Shown: positions 23,141 through 33,928 of the stretch, one piece after another
Numbering within the stretch: the stretch's first letter is position 1
How the letters are laid out: the number at the start of each line of letters is the position of its first letter
Assembly: GCA_035250975.1 (NCBI GenBank)
Contig: DATFEP010000047.1
Location: 1 to 64,000 of the forward strand
Direction of reading: 5' to 3'
Length of the DNA: 64,000 bases
Origin: Nitrososphaeraceae archaeon
Lineage (GTDB): Archaea > Thermoproteota > Nitrososphaeria > Nitrososphaerales > Nitrososphaeraceae
The notes under the pieces: model-generated
What the model was told of the DNA's origin: nothing
The model's database searches: none
The model's input: the letters and a program-made list of their open reading frames with translations, nothing else
Translations under genes and position numbers: made by a program

Positions 23141-25255
23141 TTGTCTATTCTACATTTTTCTGGAAAATTTAAATTCTATCCTCCTATCTATAATAACGAA
23201 CCAAGAAATCCTGAAAGATATTTTAATCCCACACTTGAGCCTGAAACTGTACTTACCAAAATAACTGATGGAGTAGACCCATTAAAATATTTTGAATTTG
23301 AATTTTTAAATGTTTATGTAACAAAGGTAACTTATGATGATGGTTCTTTTTCATTAAAAAAGGAGAAAGATCCTATTATTGGAAAAAAAGTCATTTTGAA
23401 AGGGCTTTTAGTAGATGTTTCTCCTCATTTAGAGAGAGGTAGATTGTTTGCTGGAGAAATTAGGATAATTGACTTTATAATGGGAAAATTAGAATTAGCT
23501 GTTCAATCAGATTTATTTAAAACTATTCGTAATGATACTGATAAAGGTGTTAAAATTCTCTCTGCAGATTTCGATTCCAAAATTTATAACCATAATTACT
23601 TGGAAAATACATTTCTTACAACTTCTAATTCCCGTTATTTACGCGAATTACAAATCAATTATTTTGGGATATATTTTAATGTAAGAAAATTTAGTTTTGA
23701 GTCACTTGAAGGAGAAATTAATGGTTACTTTGGACCTTATATACCAAAAGAAAATAGTGAAAGAATTAGACTTAGTGGAAGAAGGTTATTATTTAATCCA
23801 GAAATTGAATCTCAGTTAATCAAAGATTTTCATTTAAAGGATCCCGATAATATGTCTTCAGATATATTTCAGTATGATTCTGAAGATGTATTTAGGTATG
23901 ATTTAGAACTTGTTTATGACATAATAGAGGAAAAAAGAATGATAGTACTAAAGTATCTACATGCTATCCCATTTATTGATCAGAATGATAAAATTCCTAC
24001 AGATTACCGTTTTTTTATTGTTCTCTTATACAAAGGAAAAAGGATAAAAAATCATCACGAATCAGAGTTAGAATTAAAGCTTAAACCAAAAGATATTTTT
24101 GTATCAGGAGGAATACATACTGTGAAAATTCCTTTAAATATACAAGAATTTGATAAATTAAAAATCGAAATTGTGGTTACAAAAGATAATAATAATAATT
24201 TCTTTACCTATCTTAAAGAACCGCAATACGATTTATCATTAATCAACTATGAAAAGTTCTTGATATTCAAATCTAATGAGAAAAGAGAAATTAAGATCAA
24301 AATCTTTGAGGAAAATCGAAATTCCAACAAGGAAATTAATTTAGAAGTAGGCCAATATGATAATGATCGTTCTCCTACTGTTGCCCATTGGACCGATAAA
24401 ATAAATACAAAAAATGGAATAGCTACAGGTTATATCCAAGCACGAAATTTAGAGAATTCTGAAGAAATAGAAGATCCTACTCCAGGAATTGATCCAGATA
24501 CAAATAATATAAGAGTAAAATTAAATGGAGATCTTCCGTGGGATCGATATTATGGAAACTATGTTTATATAAGAATAAACAACCAAAAGGATAAAAAGCC
24601 ATTAATAAAATACAATATTCCGGTTCGTGTACTTCATGGTATTAACTTAGAAGAGGCACAAAGGGAAATAGACAGTTTAAACAAAGAAAGAATACAAGAA
24701 GTTGTTACAAAGATGCTTAGATATTATACTAGATATTATCCATGGCTTCACGTTGAATATAGGTATAGACCAACAAGTTCTAATATTCCTAAATTGGTCT
24801 ACAACCAATTTTTAAAAGTTACAGAATATTTGAATTTTATCGAAGAAGAAGATATAAGTCATTGGCATATTATTGAAAACACTATAACAAAAATTAATCA
24901 TTTTCTGGACAGATTGGAAAAGGATGATCATGACTGGAGTAAAATGCCGCGTTCTAGAGATTTTCCATTTAATGGAGTAGAATATTTGAAAATGTGGAAG
25001 ACAAGTATTATCGATAAAATGATAAAAGAAATTGAAGAACAAAGAAATAACATGAAGGATGAAAATTTAGATAAGATTAATTTTGGCAATTGGGAAGGTA
25101 TACAAGAACTTATTAATAAAATTGACAATCTAAATATGCGTATATCTGAACAAGATAAAAAATTAATTCTTACATGGAAAGTACAACTTTTAGAAGAAAT
25201 GGTAAAAATACTCACATATGCAAAAACTTCTACAAGGCATTTTCATTCTCATTAA
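23141..25255 (+). CDS. VioB/RebD/StaD-like protein (N-terminal region only; no ferritin-like domain seen)
   Basis: N-terminal LHFSGKF..PIYNNEP resembles VioB IHFRGW..PTANRD; LRYYTRYYPWL...KMPRSRDF...YLKMW resembles YYELVYPFM...YMPSTREL; starts 1 nt after the tyrosinase stop. Confidence 0.55.
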   Translation: MSILHFSGKFKFYPPIYNNEPRNPERYFNPTLEPETVLTKITDGVDPLKYFEFEFLNVYVTKVTYDDGSFSLKKEKDPIIGKKVILKGLLVDVSPHLERGRLFAGEIRIIDFIMGKLELAVQSDLFKTIRNDTDKGVKILSADFDSKIYNHNYLENTFLTTSNSRYLRELQINYFGIYFNVRKFSFESLEGEINGYFGPYIPKENSERIRLSGRRLLFNPEIESQLIKDFHLKDPDNMSSDIFQYDSEDVFRYDLELVYDIIEEKRMIVLKYLHAIPFIDQNDKIPTDYRFFIVLLYKGKRIKNHHESELELKLKPKDIFVSGGIHTVKIPLNIQEFDKLKIEIVVTKDNNNNFFTYLKEPQYDLSLINYEKFLIFKSNEKREIKIKIFEENRNSNKEINLEVGQYDNDRSPTVAHWTDKINTKNGIATGYIQARNLENSEEIEDPTPGIDPDTNNIRVKLNGDLPWDRYYGNYVYIRINNQKDKKPLIKYNIPVRVLHGINLEEAQREIDSLNKERIQEVVTKMLRYYTRYYPWLHVEYRYRPTSSNIPKLVYNQFLKVTEYLNFIEEEDISHWHIIENTITKINHFLDRLEKDDHDWSKMPRSRDFPFNGVEYLKMWKTSIIDKMIKEIEEQRNNMKDENLDKINFGNWEGIQELINKIDNLNMRISEQDKKLILTWKVQLLEEMVKILTYAKTSTRHFHSH

Positions 25256-25768
25256 TCATAATTGCAAAAATTTTTTGTATATATTCATCATAAGATATAA
25301 TAAGCGAAATTTCAATTTCTGACCATGTAGTAGGTATCAAATTCATAGAATTTATAATCTGATATTGATTATTTAAGAATATTTATCAAATAATTAAAAA
25401 CCTTTTCGATGGTTCAAAATTTTACCAATATATTTATCTATGAAGACAAATTATATAAAATTACAATATAGAATAAGATTGATGCGTACACCTATAACTC
25501 AAGCAGGGTATGTGGACGTTATGGAGGTATTCCACCTTTTATTCGATTTCTATTAAAAAATAGTAGTATTCAATCTAATATATTAAGATTTTTGCTATTT
25601 ATTGACCAAAAAATCTAATCTGCTTAATTTGAACAAGATTCAACATCTTAACTTTTGAAAATTTATTAATAATCTACATAATTATTATCACATATAAATG
25701 AAATCTTCCTATAACTTGTTGATTAAAAAAAATTTGGAATTTTATATGTATTTTGATTGTACTAACAT

Positions 25769-26005
25769 TTAGAATGTTAATTTATTGATCTCCTTGTCTC
25801 CACCATGTTCTATAGTTACATTAATACCTACTACTACTCTTGCAAGAGCCAAAATAGAGACCATCGCTTCATATGAACTATCGTCGTCATTTGCAACTTT
25901 GAACGTATCGGGAAGTGTGACCGAAGGAGTATCAATTTCCACACGTGCAGTTTTAGAAGTATCTAGTACTTCTATCTTTCTAACTTGACCTGTAAATGTT
26001 GTCAT
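25769..26005 (-). CDS. Small hypothetical protein
   Basis: 78-aa ORF with ATG start and protein-like composition. Confidence 0.6.
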   Translation of the reverse strand: MTTFTGQVRKIEVLDTSKTARVEIDTPSVTLPDTFKVANDDDSSYEAMVSILALARVVVGINVTIEHGGDKEINKLTF

Positions 26006-26215
26006 CCTTTTGTTCGGAGGATTTTAATCTCAGTTATAACATGGTTACCATAAAAGAATATAGTTGATCGTTCAAAACGTTTTGTTGACATCCCGTTGAT
26101 TTGAAACTCCTTTTAATACATTACAAATGGCTGTGTCATAAGAAAAATTAAAAATATAGTATCAAAGTTTGATTAGAAAGTAATATTAATACTAAAAAAG
26201 TCTCTTTTACTTTAA

Positions 26216-27893
26216 ATGGAAAAATGAAATTAATATACCTTCTAGACAAAGGGCTTTAGTATTTCAAGGTGGAGGCTCTCTAGGAGCTTATGAAGCTGGT
26301 GTTTTTCACGTTTTATGTCATTGGATTAAAAAAGATTTATCGGACAATGAAAATGTTTTTGATATAATTGCTGGGACTTCAATAGGAGCGGTTAATGCTT
26401 CCATAATTATTAACGATATTTTAGAAAAGAAGAACCAAGAAAAGTCATCAACAGAAGAAGCAGAAAAATATAAGAAAACTTTAAAATATTGGGAGGGCAC
26501 ACCTGAAAAGCTTATCCAATTTTGGAAGAATGTATCATCTAATACAAATACTCCCTGGGATCCTTGGAATCTGTATGATTTTTATACATCATTCATAGAA
26601 AGTTATGTGAAATTCAATTATCAAAATTATCTAAATTTATTTCCTTATTTACGAGAATTGTTACCATCATCAGAATCTTTTCGAAGATACTATCATACAC
26701 AAATGTCCTTAGTACGAGGAGAGTCACATATATTTAGTCCCTTATTTATCTATCCTTTTGCAACTCCAGTCCCAAACAAATTTTTTGATTATTTTTCACC
26801 GACCGCAAAATGGTATCAATACAGTAATCTTCCACTTAGACAGAGTATAGCAGGCTCAGCAAGTATGTTGAGAGATAACAACACAAAGAGAAGCGGAATA
26901 AGAACAGTTTACGACGAAAAAGAACCAAGACTTCTTCTTGTTGCTGTGGATATAAGTGAGGCAAAGAGTACCACATTTGACAGCTATAAAGAAGATATTA
27001 CAATAAATCATGTATTGGCTAGTGCAGCAGTACCAAAAAATTATCCATATGTAGATATAAATGGAAACAAATACTGGGATGGTGGAATTTTAAGCAATAC
27101 ACCAATAAGAGAGGTTTTAAGTGAGCATAGTAAATTGTGGGTAAAGAGATTGGGAATAGATGATTATGATTCGAGTTCACATTCGAAAAAGGATTTAAGC
27201 TATGAAAAGGAAAAAGAATGGTTTAAAGAGGAAGATGAACAAGATAAACGTAAAAATAAAGATAAAAATGAAAAAAGAATTCCTAACCTGGACTTGTGTA
27301 TAGTAAATCTATATCCATCAAAAGAAAAAGGGGAACAAATTCCGTCCCTATACGATTATGACTTTACAAAAGATAGAGAAAATGATATTAGATTTCATGA
27401 TAAGACAGAATATGATGTAAAACTGGCTAATGTAGTAACTGATTATAAAGATTTTGTAGAACGTATGGCAAAATTAGCAATTAAATCAATAGAAGAAATT
27501 AAAGATAAAGTTAAACTTGTTGCCGAACTAAAGGAAGAATTCATAGGTATCTTGGGTAAAAACCAAACAACACTTACTAGGGATGAAAAACCTAGGTATT
27601 ATTATGATCTTTTGCAAAAGAGGTTTGAGATTAAAAAAACAATTGAAATACAAAGAGAGGACGACATACATACAATTGCAAGCAAAGCCTTAGATTTCTC
27701 TTCAGCAACTATAAACCATTTAATTAAACAGGGAATTACCGATACACTTGATAAAATTTACCAAGACCAAAAAGAAAACGATAAAGAATCATTCAAACGA
27801 TGGCTATCTGGTTATATAAAAGATATAGAGAACCAAAGTACAAAAGATCTTTTAAATCCAGTTTTGGAATTTAAAGATAAAGAGAGGTTATAA
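26216..27893 (+). CDS. Patatin-like phospholipase (start disrupted by a +1 homopolymer shift)
   Basis: The frame is open upstream of track start 26607 and contains RALVFQGGGSLGAYEAG and IAGTSIGA; WDGGILSNTP lies downstream. ATG 26216 is out of frame by one A. Confidence 0.85.
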
Positions 27894-27996
27894 AATATTT
27901 CTTCATGAATATATCAAGTGAAACTTCTAATTTATTTTATTTTTTAAATTAATTTCTCTATTTGATGTCGTAAAAAATATTTCCCATGAATCCAAA

Positions 27997-28020
27997 CTAA
28001 TTGTTACGTATAACAATTAG
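27997..28020. repeat. Inverted repeat with 10-bp arms downstream of patatin
   Basis: ctaattgtta-cgta-taacaattag. Confidence 0.6.
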
Positions 28021-28082
28021 AGTCACACTAAATTATCTTTTGAAACTAACGATGATAGTGAGGTAATTTCATACCAATTAGG

Positions 28083-28195
28083 GGTTCTCTTCAGTTAAGG
28101 TAATTAAAAGACATGTTGTTCTTTTCTATTTTATTCTTAGCTCAAATTTAGAACATTTTTCACTACAAATCCTGAAATTTTAACTTAACAGAGCC
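28083..28195. mobile_element. IS6-derived MITE (113 bp)
   Basis: Left end ggttctcttcagttaa and right end ttaacttaacagagcc match the IS6 IR at 11011-11025; no coding capacity. Confidence 0.6.
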
Positions 28196-28256
28196 ATATT
28201 GTATGTATTATTTTAATATCAAACATTGTAAGATTATTCATACCATGTGGTCTCGG

Positions 28257-28304
28257 AGGGCTTCGAATTTCCATTATCACAGGGTTCGGTAACATAATAT
28301 ATTA
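28257..28304 (+). repeat. 48-bp direct repeat, copy 1 (left of the PIN gene)
   Basis: 41/48 ungapped identity to 29215-29262. Confidence 0.85.
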
Positions 28305-28662
28305 ACATTATGTCAAAAATAATTACTTCTATAAATGAGATTTTTGAAAATTTAATAATAAGTATCTCATTTTTTCAGTATGTTAAAGATAATTTTCCAT
28401 TTTGAACGTTAGGATTGAATCTGTGAAAACCGTGTTATTGTAGAATTGTTTAAAACCATTAATTATTGAATATCTGATTTCTATTTTTCATAATTACGTA
28501 TACTATACCGTAATGTTTATCGGCTACTTTTTACAAGTAACTATTCCAATCTCTTTTATACCGTTTCCATCGTCATTAAAAAAGAAGATGAAGTTCATTA
28601 TCCAATACTTCTATTAAAACAAGGACTGAAGAAAGAAAGAAGTAGCATTTGAAATATAAAAA

Positions 28663-29127
28663 CTGAAACTACAAAAGATAAATCTTGATACGAACGTTTT
28701 TTTAAAATTGTTTTTAGATGAAAGCAAAAGTGATATTGCCCAAAAATTAGAGGACCTTGCTAATAACGATAAAGTACTTTTGGTAATATCAGATTGGCTA
28801 ATAAATGAATGTATGGCAGTTATTGAAAGAAAAATTATTGAAAAAAGAATGACGAACAATGAGGCATTTCATATTTTAAATGCGATTACAAATTTGCAGG
28901 AAGAAAAACTGAAACAAGATCAAATGGAATTATATTCTATTGAAGGTAAACATATTATCGCCTCTCGAGTTATCATCCAAGATATAAATTTGATAAATGC
29001 ATCTGATGCTCTGCACATATTTATAGCACTTCTTTCAGAGTGTAATGCTATTCTTTCAGCAGATGTTTTTCTGACAAATGCATTAAAGAAAAAAATAAAG
29101 GTTTTGCATTTTACACCTATAATATAA
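28663..29127 (+). CDS. PIN-domain (VapC-like) ribonuclease
   Basis: In-frame upstream extension gives KINLDTNVF (probable CTG start at 28663), then INEC, DALHI and LSAD acidic motifs. The C-terminus may extend to 29183 via an A7 frameshift. Confidence 0.8.
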   Translation: MKLQKINLDTNVFLKLFLDESKSDIAQKLEDLANNDKVLLVISDWLINECMAVIERKIIEKRMTNNEAFHILNAITNLQEEKLKQDQMELYSIEGKHIIASRVIIQDINLINASDALHIFIALLSECNAILSADVFLTNALKKKIKVLHFTPII

Positions 29128-29214
29128 ATTTCAATAATGAAAGAGAAGTGAAAAAATTATTCAAACTGTTAGAGAAGAATTAATTTATAGACTTATTCAT
29201 GAGTGCTGAAAAGA

Positions 29215-29262
29215 AGGGCTTCGAATTTACATTATGACAAGATTTGGTGACATAAGATATTA
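29215..29262 (+). repeat. 48-bp direct repeat, copy 2 (right of the PIN gene)
   Basis: 41/48 identity to 28257-28304. Confidence 0.85.
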
Positions 29263-29367
29263 GATTTTTTATTGAAATACACGAAAGTTCAAATTCCACA
29301 CTTTTAGCTAAAAGCTATACAGAATCCGCTGCTTTTTAATAATAGCCTAAATTCAAAAAACTTATCT

Positions 29368-30024
29368 ATGTTGTTGGTACTAATTTATCAAATGTCCGAT
29401 CTTGAAAATGAAATTGAAAATGAAATTGAAAATGAAATGCAGAAATATGTTGAAGATTATAATCGAACTGGTAAAATATTATATTCTCAAGCTCGATTTG
29501 CTGAACAAATATATAAATTATCTCAAGACAATTTTAAATCATCTAATGAACTTAATTTTAGAATGTATCAAATAATGAACGAGATAGAGAGACAATACTT
29601 TTTTGGAAAACTTATTAAAAAGTTCAAAAAGACGGCTTTAAAAAAATTAATTAAATTAAGTAAAAAATTTATTAGAGGGTTGCCAGTCTATCGAGGAATA
29701 GATACCATTACACAACTTTCACGGGGAAACCTAAAAGGAGCATTAACTTCCGTAGTCAGGGCAAGATTATCTAGTCTAGTACCTGGAGGACCTGTTAGTA
29801 TTCCAGTATTGAATGGTCTTAATACTAACTCTGAATTACCTAATAGTGTGCAAAATAATCTAAAGGTATGGAAGAATTTTGTGAATATGTCAGAATATGC
29901 ATACGAAAATCTAATCGATAATTTTAAAGATAACGCTATTATAGACCCAATTTCTTCATACAAAATAGCTAACAAATCATTTCAAAATAGTATTATGCGA
30001 ACAAAATATTACTTTTTACCATGA
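29368..30024 (+). CDS. Hypothetical protein with an acidic ENEI-repeat N-terminus (start possibly 29392)
   Basis: 218-aa ORF; tandem gaaaatgaaatt repeats; basic amphipathic segment FFGKLIKKFKK. Confidence 0.7.
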   Translation: MLLVLIYQMSDLENEIENEIENEMQKYVEDYNRTGKILYSQARFAEQIYKLSQDNFKSSNELNFRMYQIMNEIERQYFFGKLIKKFKKTALKKLIKLSKKFIRGLPVYRGIDTITQLSRGNLKGALTSVVRARLSSLVPGGPVSIPVLNGLNTNSELPNSVQNNLKVWKNFVNMSEYAYENLIDNFKDNAIIDPISSYKIANKSFQNSIMRTKYYFLP

Positions 30025-30401
30025 TATTAATTGCATTTCATAAGTAAGCAACTTTAAAAGAAAAGTTGTAAATTCGGGGACAGAATTACATTCAATAATA
30101 AAGATAGTTCATTTTTTATAAAATGTCAAAATACGTAGTAGGATTTTTTACAAGTATGTAGCTAGTACATTAACTAAAATATGAACGAAATGTGACACAA
30201 TAATAAATATTTGGTTTAATAATTACCGTAGTTTCAGAAAATTCGATATTAAGAATTAATGACAAAATTCTTATACTTTTCATTAATTTTTATCCAGATA
30301 GAAAGAAACAAATTTGATAATTATAATTAACAGTAATTTAAATATATTGAAAACCACAGATATAGGATTAATTTGAATCTATGGAATTAAAACAAATAAA
30401 A

Positions 30402-33194
30402 TTACAGGAAACGTCCGTATACACCTCTGCCCATGGTACTTGCAACTAAGATATTACTATTTCTCATAAGACCCAAACCTGTGACTATAATACGAGGCAT
30501 TCCATCTTCAAATGGTTCCCATGAATCACCACCATCACGTGTTCTAAAGACTCCGATACTTGTTGACGCGTACAAAATTTCTGGATTATATTGGTCAAAT
30601 ACGATTGAGGTAACTGGTACATCTGGAAGTGCATCAGTAGGTAATATTCCACTTGCATTTGTCCAATGTATTCCACCATCCACCGAACGGAAAATATGTG
30701 GCCTACCATACCCACCATAAGAAATGTATAAAAGACTCATAGTATACCACCATGGAGCAATACATGTGATATATCCAGAAGGGGGTTTATCATTGAGAGT
30801 ATAAGGTTCAGTCCAGCTTCCAGGATCTCCATTGGTTATACTTCGATAAATTCTACCTTGATCTGTTGCCACAAAGCACACTGACTTATGAGATGGATGG
30901 AAAACAACATATTTAGCATCACCAATTGTGGTTAGAACTGATGTCCAGTCGTTTCCTTGATTAGTACTACGAAATACTTGATTTGCTTGTGTACATAAAA
31001 GGAGATTAGAATCACCATGTTTGACAGCGAGATGAGATACATCTATTTTAGGATCTTTTATACCATTGAGAATAGTTGTCCAAGTTATTCCTGTATCAGT
31101 GCTTCTACGCAAATTATGAGACCAAGGTGTTACGTAAATATTAGAGTTAGTATTAGGATCTATGACGAAGATACCTCCTTCATTGCCTGCATTCGTATCC
31201 ACCCATGTTTGAAATGTTGTGGGCTTTTTCATTAGAATTCCTTCATCTTGAGTACTTCCTCCAAAAAAAATAGGATAGCTCTGTCCTACTCCAATGGTAT
31301 AAAATTGTGTAGCTACTAAATTATCGCTTTGAAGTGTCCAACTCGATCCATTATTCCCAGATTTATAAACCCCTCCATCCGTAGCAAGATAACAAATATT
31401 TGAGTCAGCTGGGTCAAATACGATTATATGCTTATCTGCATGAGTTCCTCCTCCAGCATTAGAAAATGAATTACCGCCATCGTTACTGCGCTCGAGACCA
31501 ATGCCACCTGCAAAAATTATATCCTCGTTATTTGGATCAACAGCAACCATATTAGTCCATTCATTATAGGTGGCCTTCTGATGTTCTCCTGGAATTCGTA
31601 TCCAAGTTAAACCAGCGTCTGACGATTTATATAGCTCTCCCGAATCTAAACCCATTTTACTTACTACGAAAGAAGTTCCATGTTTACCGTTTAATCCCAT
31701 AGCTAGCTTTATCCATTCAGCTGAGTATCCAGTAGGAATTCCATTGGTCAGTAAACTCCATGTACTTCCACCGTCTAAACTTTTAAAGATGCCAGTATTC
31801 CAGACGCCAACATATAATATGTTTGGAGATAATGGATCCATAAGTGCATCAGAAATGTGGTCTGTTCTGACATTGATCCATGTTGATCCTCCATCTATAG
31901 ATTTATGTAATCCACGGTTTCCAGCAACATATACAATGTTTCTGTCATTGGGATGCACTAGAACTTTTGTACATCTGTCACTATTAATCGGTGATAAAAG
32001 ATCCCAGTCTACGCCGCCATCTACTGTTTTGTAAACCCCTACCCCAGGATATGAAGGCGCCCAACCAGGAGTATCTTCTCCAGTAGCTGCATAAACCGTC
32101 CGAGGAGAACTTTTGGCTATTCCGATCGCACCAATGGCCATTGAGAGTTCCAAATGCATTGTACTATACCAACTCAAACCACCGTTATCCGTTTTCCAAA
32201 CTCCACCATCAGCCGCTCCAGCGTACAAAGTACTTCCGTGAATCGGATGAGGATGAATGGCAAGGGATTTTATTCTTCCACTAAATCCCTTTTTTGGCCC
32301 AGCTAACCTCCATTGTTGACAAGAAGAGCTTTTATCAAAAAGAAGTTCTAGGGGAATGTTACTTAATATATCAGAATCAAAAAGCTGTGTCTCTGGTAAT
32401 CCACCATCTGCTAAGTCAAGTCTCTGACATCTTTCGCACATGTATTTCAATTTTGACTCTTCGACTGGCGGTAATCCATATTTTGCTGCCAATTGAGGAT
32501 CCCTGCCAATACTTTCAAATGTATCATTACAAAGAATTAATCTACAAATTTGGTTAATCAATTTATCTAGAGATTGTGACTGACGCGCAGCTCTTAGCCA
32601 TGGCATCGAGCTATTAATTATCATTATTGTTTGCAATAACCAAGGATCTGATGGTAAACCAATAGACACATATTTACCAGGTTCTTTGATTATAGCCCAT
32701 GCATATTCACCATTTAAGGATAATGAGGATCTATTAACTAAAACCCACTCTTTAGTAGATTCTTCAAATCTAAATATGCGTATGGTGGATGGCTCTATAT
32801 TAGTAAGTTTATCCTTATCTAAGATAATTTTAAGCATGAATTCTTTAGATGATTGCGATTCGATTTTTGCTTCCATTGTTTCAGAAACAAATCCAAAACT
32901 AGAATTTGCACGCGGATTATCAACTTTATATATTTCTGGTTTATATCCTTCTTCTTTACCAACTATAGTAATATCGAACCCTTTGAGTGGACTTTCTCCA
33001 GTATCTAAATCTCTAAATCGGATTTTAGAAAGATTTTTAACATTTTCTATAGCATGTAAACGATCTTTATGGGAAATAAATCCATCTTGATCGCTAAAAA
33101 GATCCTTAAACCATTGAGCACGTCTTTTGAACACATCCTCTTCATTTTCTATTTCTTCTTCTTTTTCATTTTTTTCATCGTTAGTAGCACTCAA
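30402..33194 (-). CDS. Second BNR/Asp-box beta-propeller protein with a Cys-containing N-terminal extension
   Basis: SGRIKSLA; many S/T-x-D-G-G-x-x-W boxes; HADKH; GSTQDEG; STMGRGVY. Confidence 0.85.
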   Translation of the reverse strand: MSATNDEKNEKEEEIENEEDVFKRRAQWFKDLFSDQDGFISHKDRLHAIENVKNLSKIRFRDLDTGESPLKGFDITIVGKEEGYKPEIYKVDNPRANSSFGFVSETMEAKIESQSSKEFMLKIILDKDKLTNIEPSTIRIFRFEESTKEWVLVNRSSLSLNGEYAWAIIKEPGKYVSIGLPSDPWLLQTIMIINSSMPWLRAARQSQSLDKLINQICRLILCNDTFESIGRDPQLAAKYGLPPVEESKLKYMCERCQRLDLADGGLPETQLFDSDILSNIPLELLFDKSSSCQQWRLAGPKKGFSGRIKSLAIHPHPIHGSTLYAGAADGGVWKTDNGGLSWYSTMHLELSMAIGAIGIAKSSPRTVYAATGEDTPGWAPSYPGVGVYKTVDGGVDWDLLSPINSDRCTKVLVHPNDRNIVYVAGNRGLHKSIDGGSTWINVRTDHISDALMDPLSPNILYVGVWNTGIFKSLDGGSTWSLLTNGIPTGYSAEWIKLAMGLNGKHGTSFVVSKMGLDSGELYKSSDAGLTWIRIPGEHQKATYNEWTNMVAVDPNNEDIIFAGGIGLERSNDGGNSFSNAGGGTHADKHIIVFDPADSNICYLATDGGVYKSGNNGSSWTLQSDNLVATQFYTIGVGQSYPIFFGGSTQDEGILMKKPTTFQTWVDTNAGNEGGIFVIDPNTNSNIYVTPWSHNLRRSTDTGITWTTILNGIKDPKIDVSHLAVKHGDSNLLLCTQANQVFRSTNQGNDWTSVLTTIGDAKYVVFHPSHKSVCFVATDQGRIYRSITNGDPGSWTEPYTLNDKPPSGYITCIAPWWYTMSLLYISYGGYGRPHIFRSVDGGIHWTNASGILPTDALPDVPVTSIVFDQYNPEILYASTSIGVFRTRDGGDSWEPFEDGMPRIIVTGLGLMRNSNILVASTMGRGVYGRFL

Positions 33195-33302
33195 TTTGAT
33201 ATTACTCCCATTTTTGTAATTGCATAATGACCCGAATTATGGTAAAAATTCAAATTAATAATTTGATCGTTTCCATCCGTATCATCATTAATCGACATAT
33301 AA

Positions 33303-33491
33303 TTATTTCCTCCTTGCTAATGGAATTAAAAAAAATATAGTCCATCCTATAATTAATGAAAGAGTTGGAATAACAATCATTTTAGCTTTAACTTCTGGTA
33401 ACAATTCAGCAACCAAGGCAAAAGTGGCAAGGATAGCAATTCCAACCAAAAAATAAATTGATACAGTATGAACGACTATTCTAGTTTGCAT
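33303..33491 (-). CDS. Small two-TM membrane protein
   Basis: 62 aa with two hydrophobic helices and a basic C-terminus. Confidence 0.6.
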   Translation of the reverse strand: MQTRIVVHTVSIYFLVGIAILATFALVAELLPEVKAKMIVIPTLSLIIGWTIFFLIPLARRK

Positions 33492-33928
33492 TATTAGACT
33501 TTGAGTCGATAATATTTAAGTTTTCTTATCAATTTTTCGAAGCCGAAAGATTTGTTGAAAAAGGATTCATATTTGCTTGGACCAATTAACGAACTTAGTT
33601 CAATACCTAAAATTCAAAGCTTAGATGGCTTCGACTATGGCATATAGTTGGGATCGGTAAACTGGTATTTATTAGTTTGGTAACTTAATAATTGATAACA
33701 ATTTCCAAGACTGGAAAAAATGAAAAAAGGAAATTAGTGGGATTTGAACCCCTTCTATAAAGATGGACCAGCAAAATATATTAGGTTCAGATTTAACTTA
33801 GCATTAAATCTGAATGTTAGGGCTTTATAAGTACTAAACTTTATTATTTTCCTTATTTTTAGTTGAATAATGATATTGATTTCTCTATCTATCGTCATAA
33901 ATTAGCTCAGAAATTAGTATAAGATAGG

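Noticed and set aside
26318-26500. Track ORF on the minus strand
   Set aside because: Antisense to the true patatin N-terminus (GTSIG motif on the plus strand)
33736-33752. gtgggatttgaaccc, resembling the reverse complement of a tRNA T-arm
   Set aside because: The flanks cannot form a cloverleaf; at most a relic
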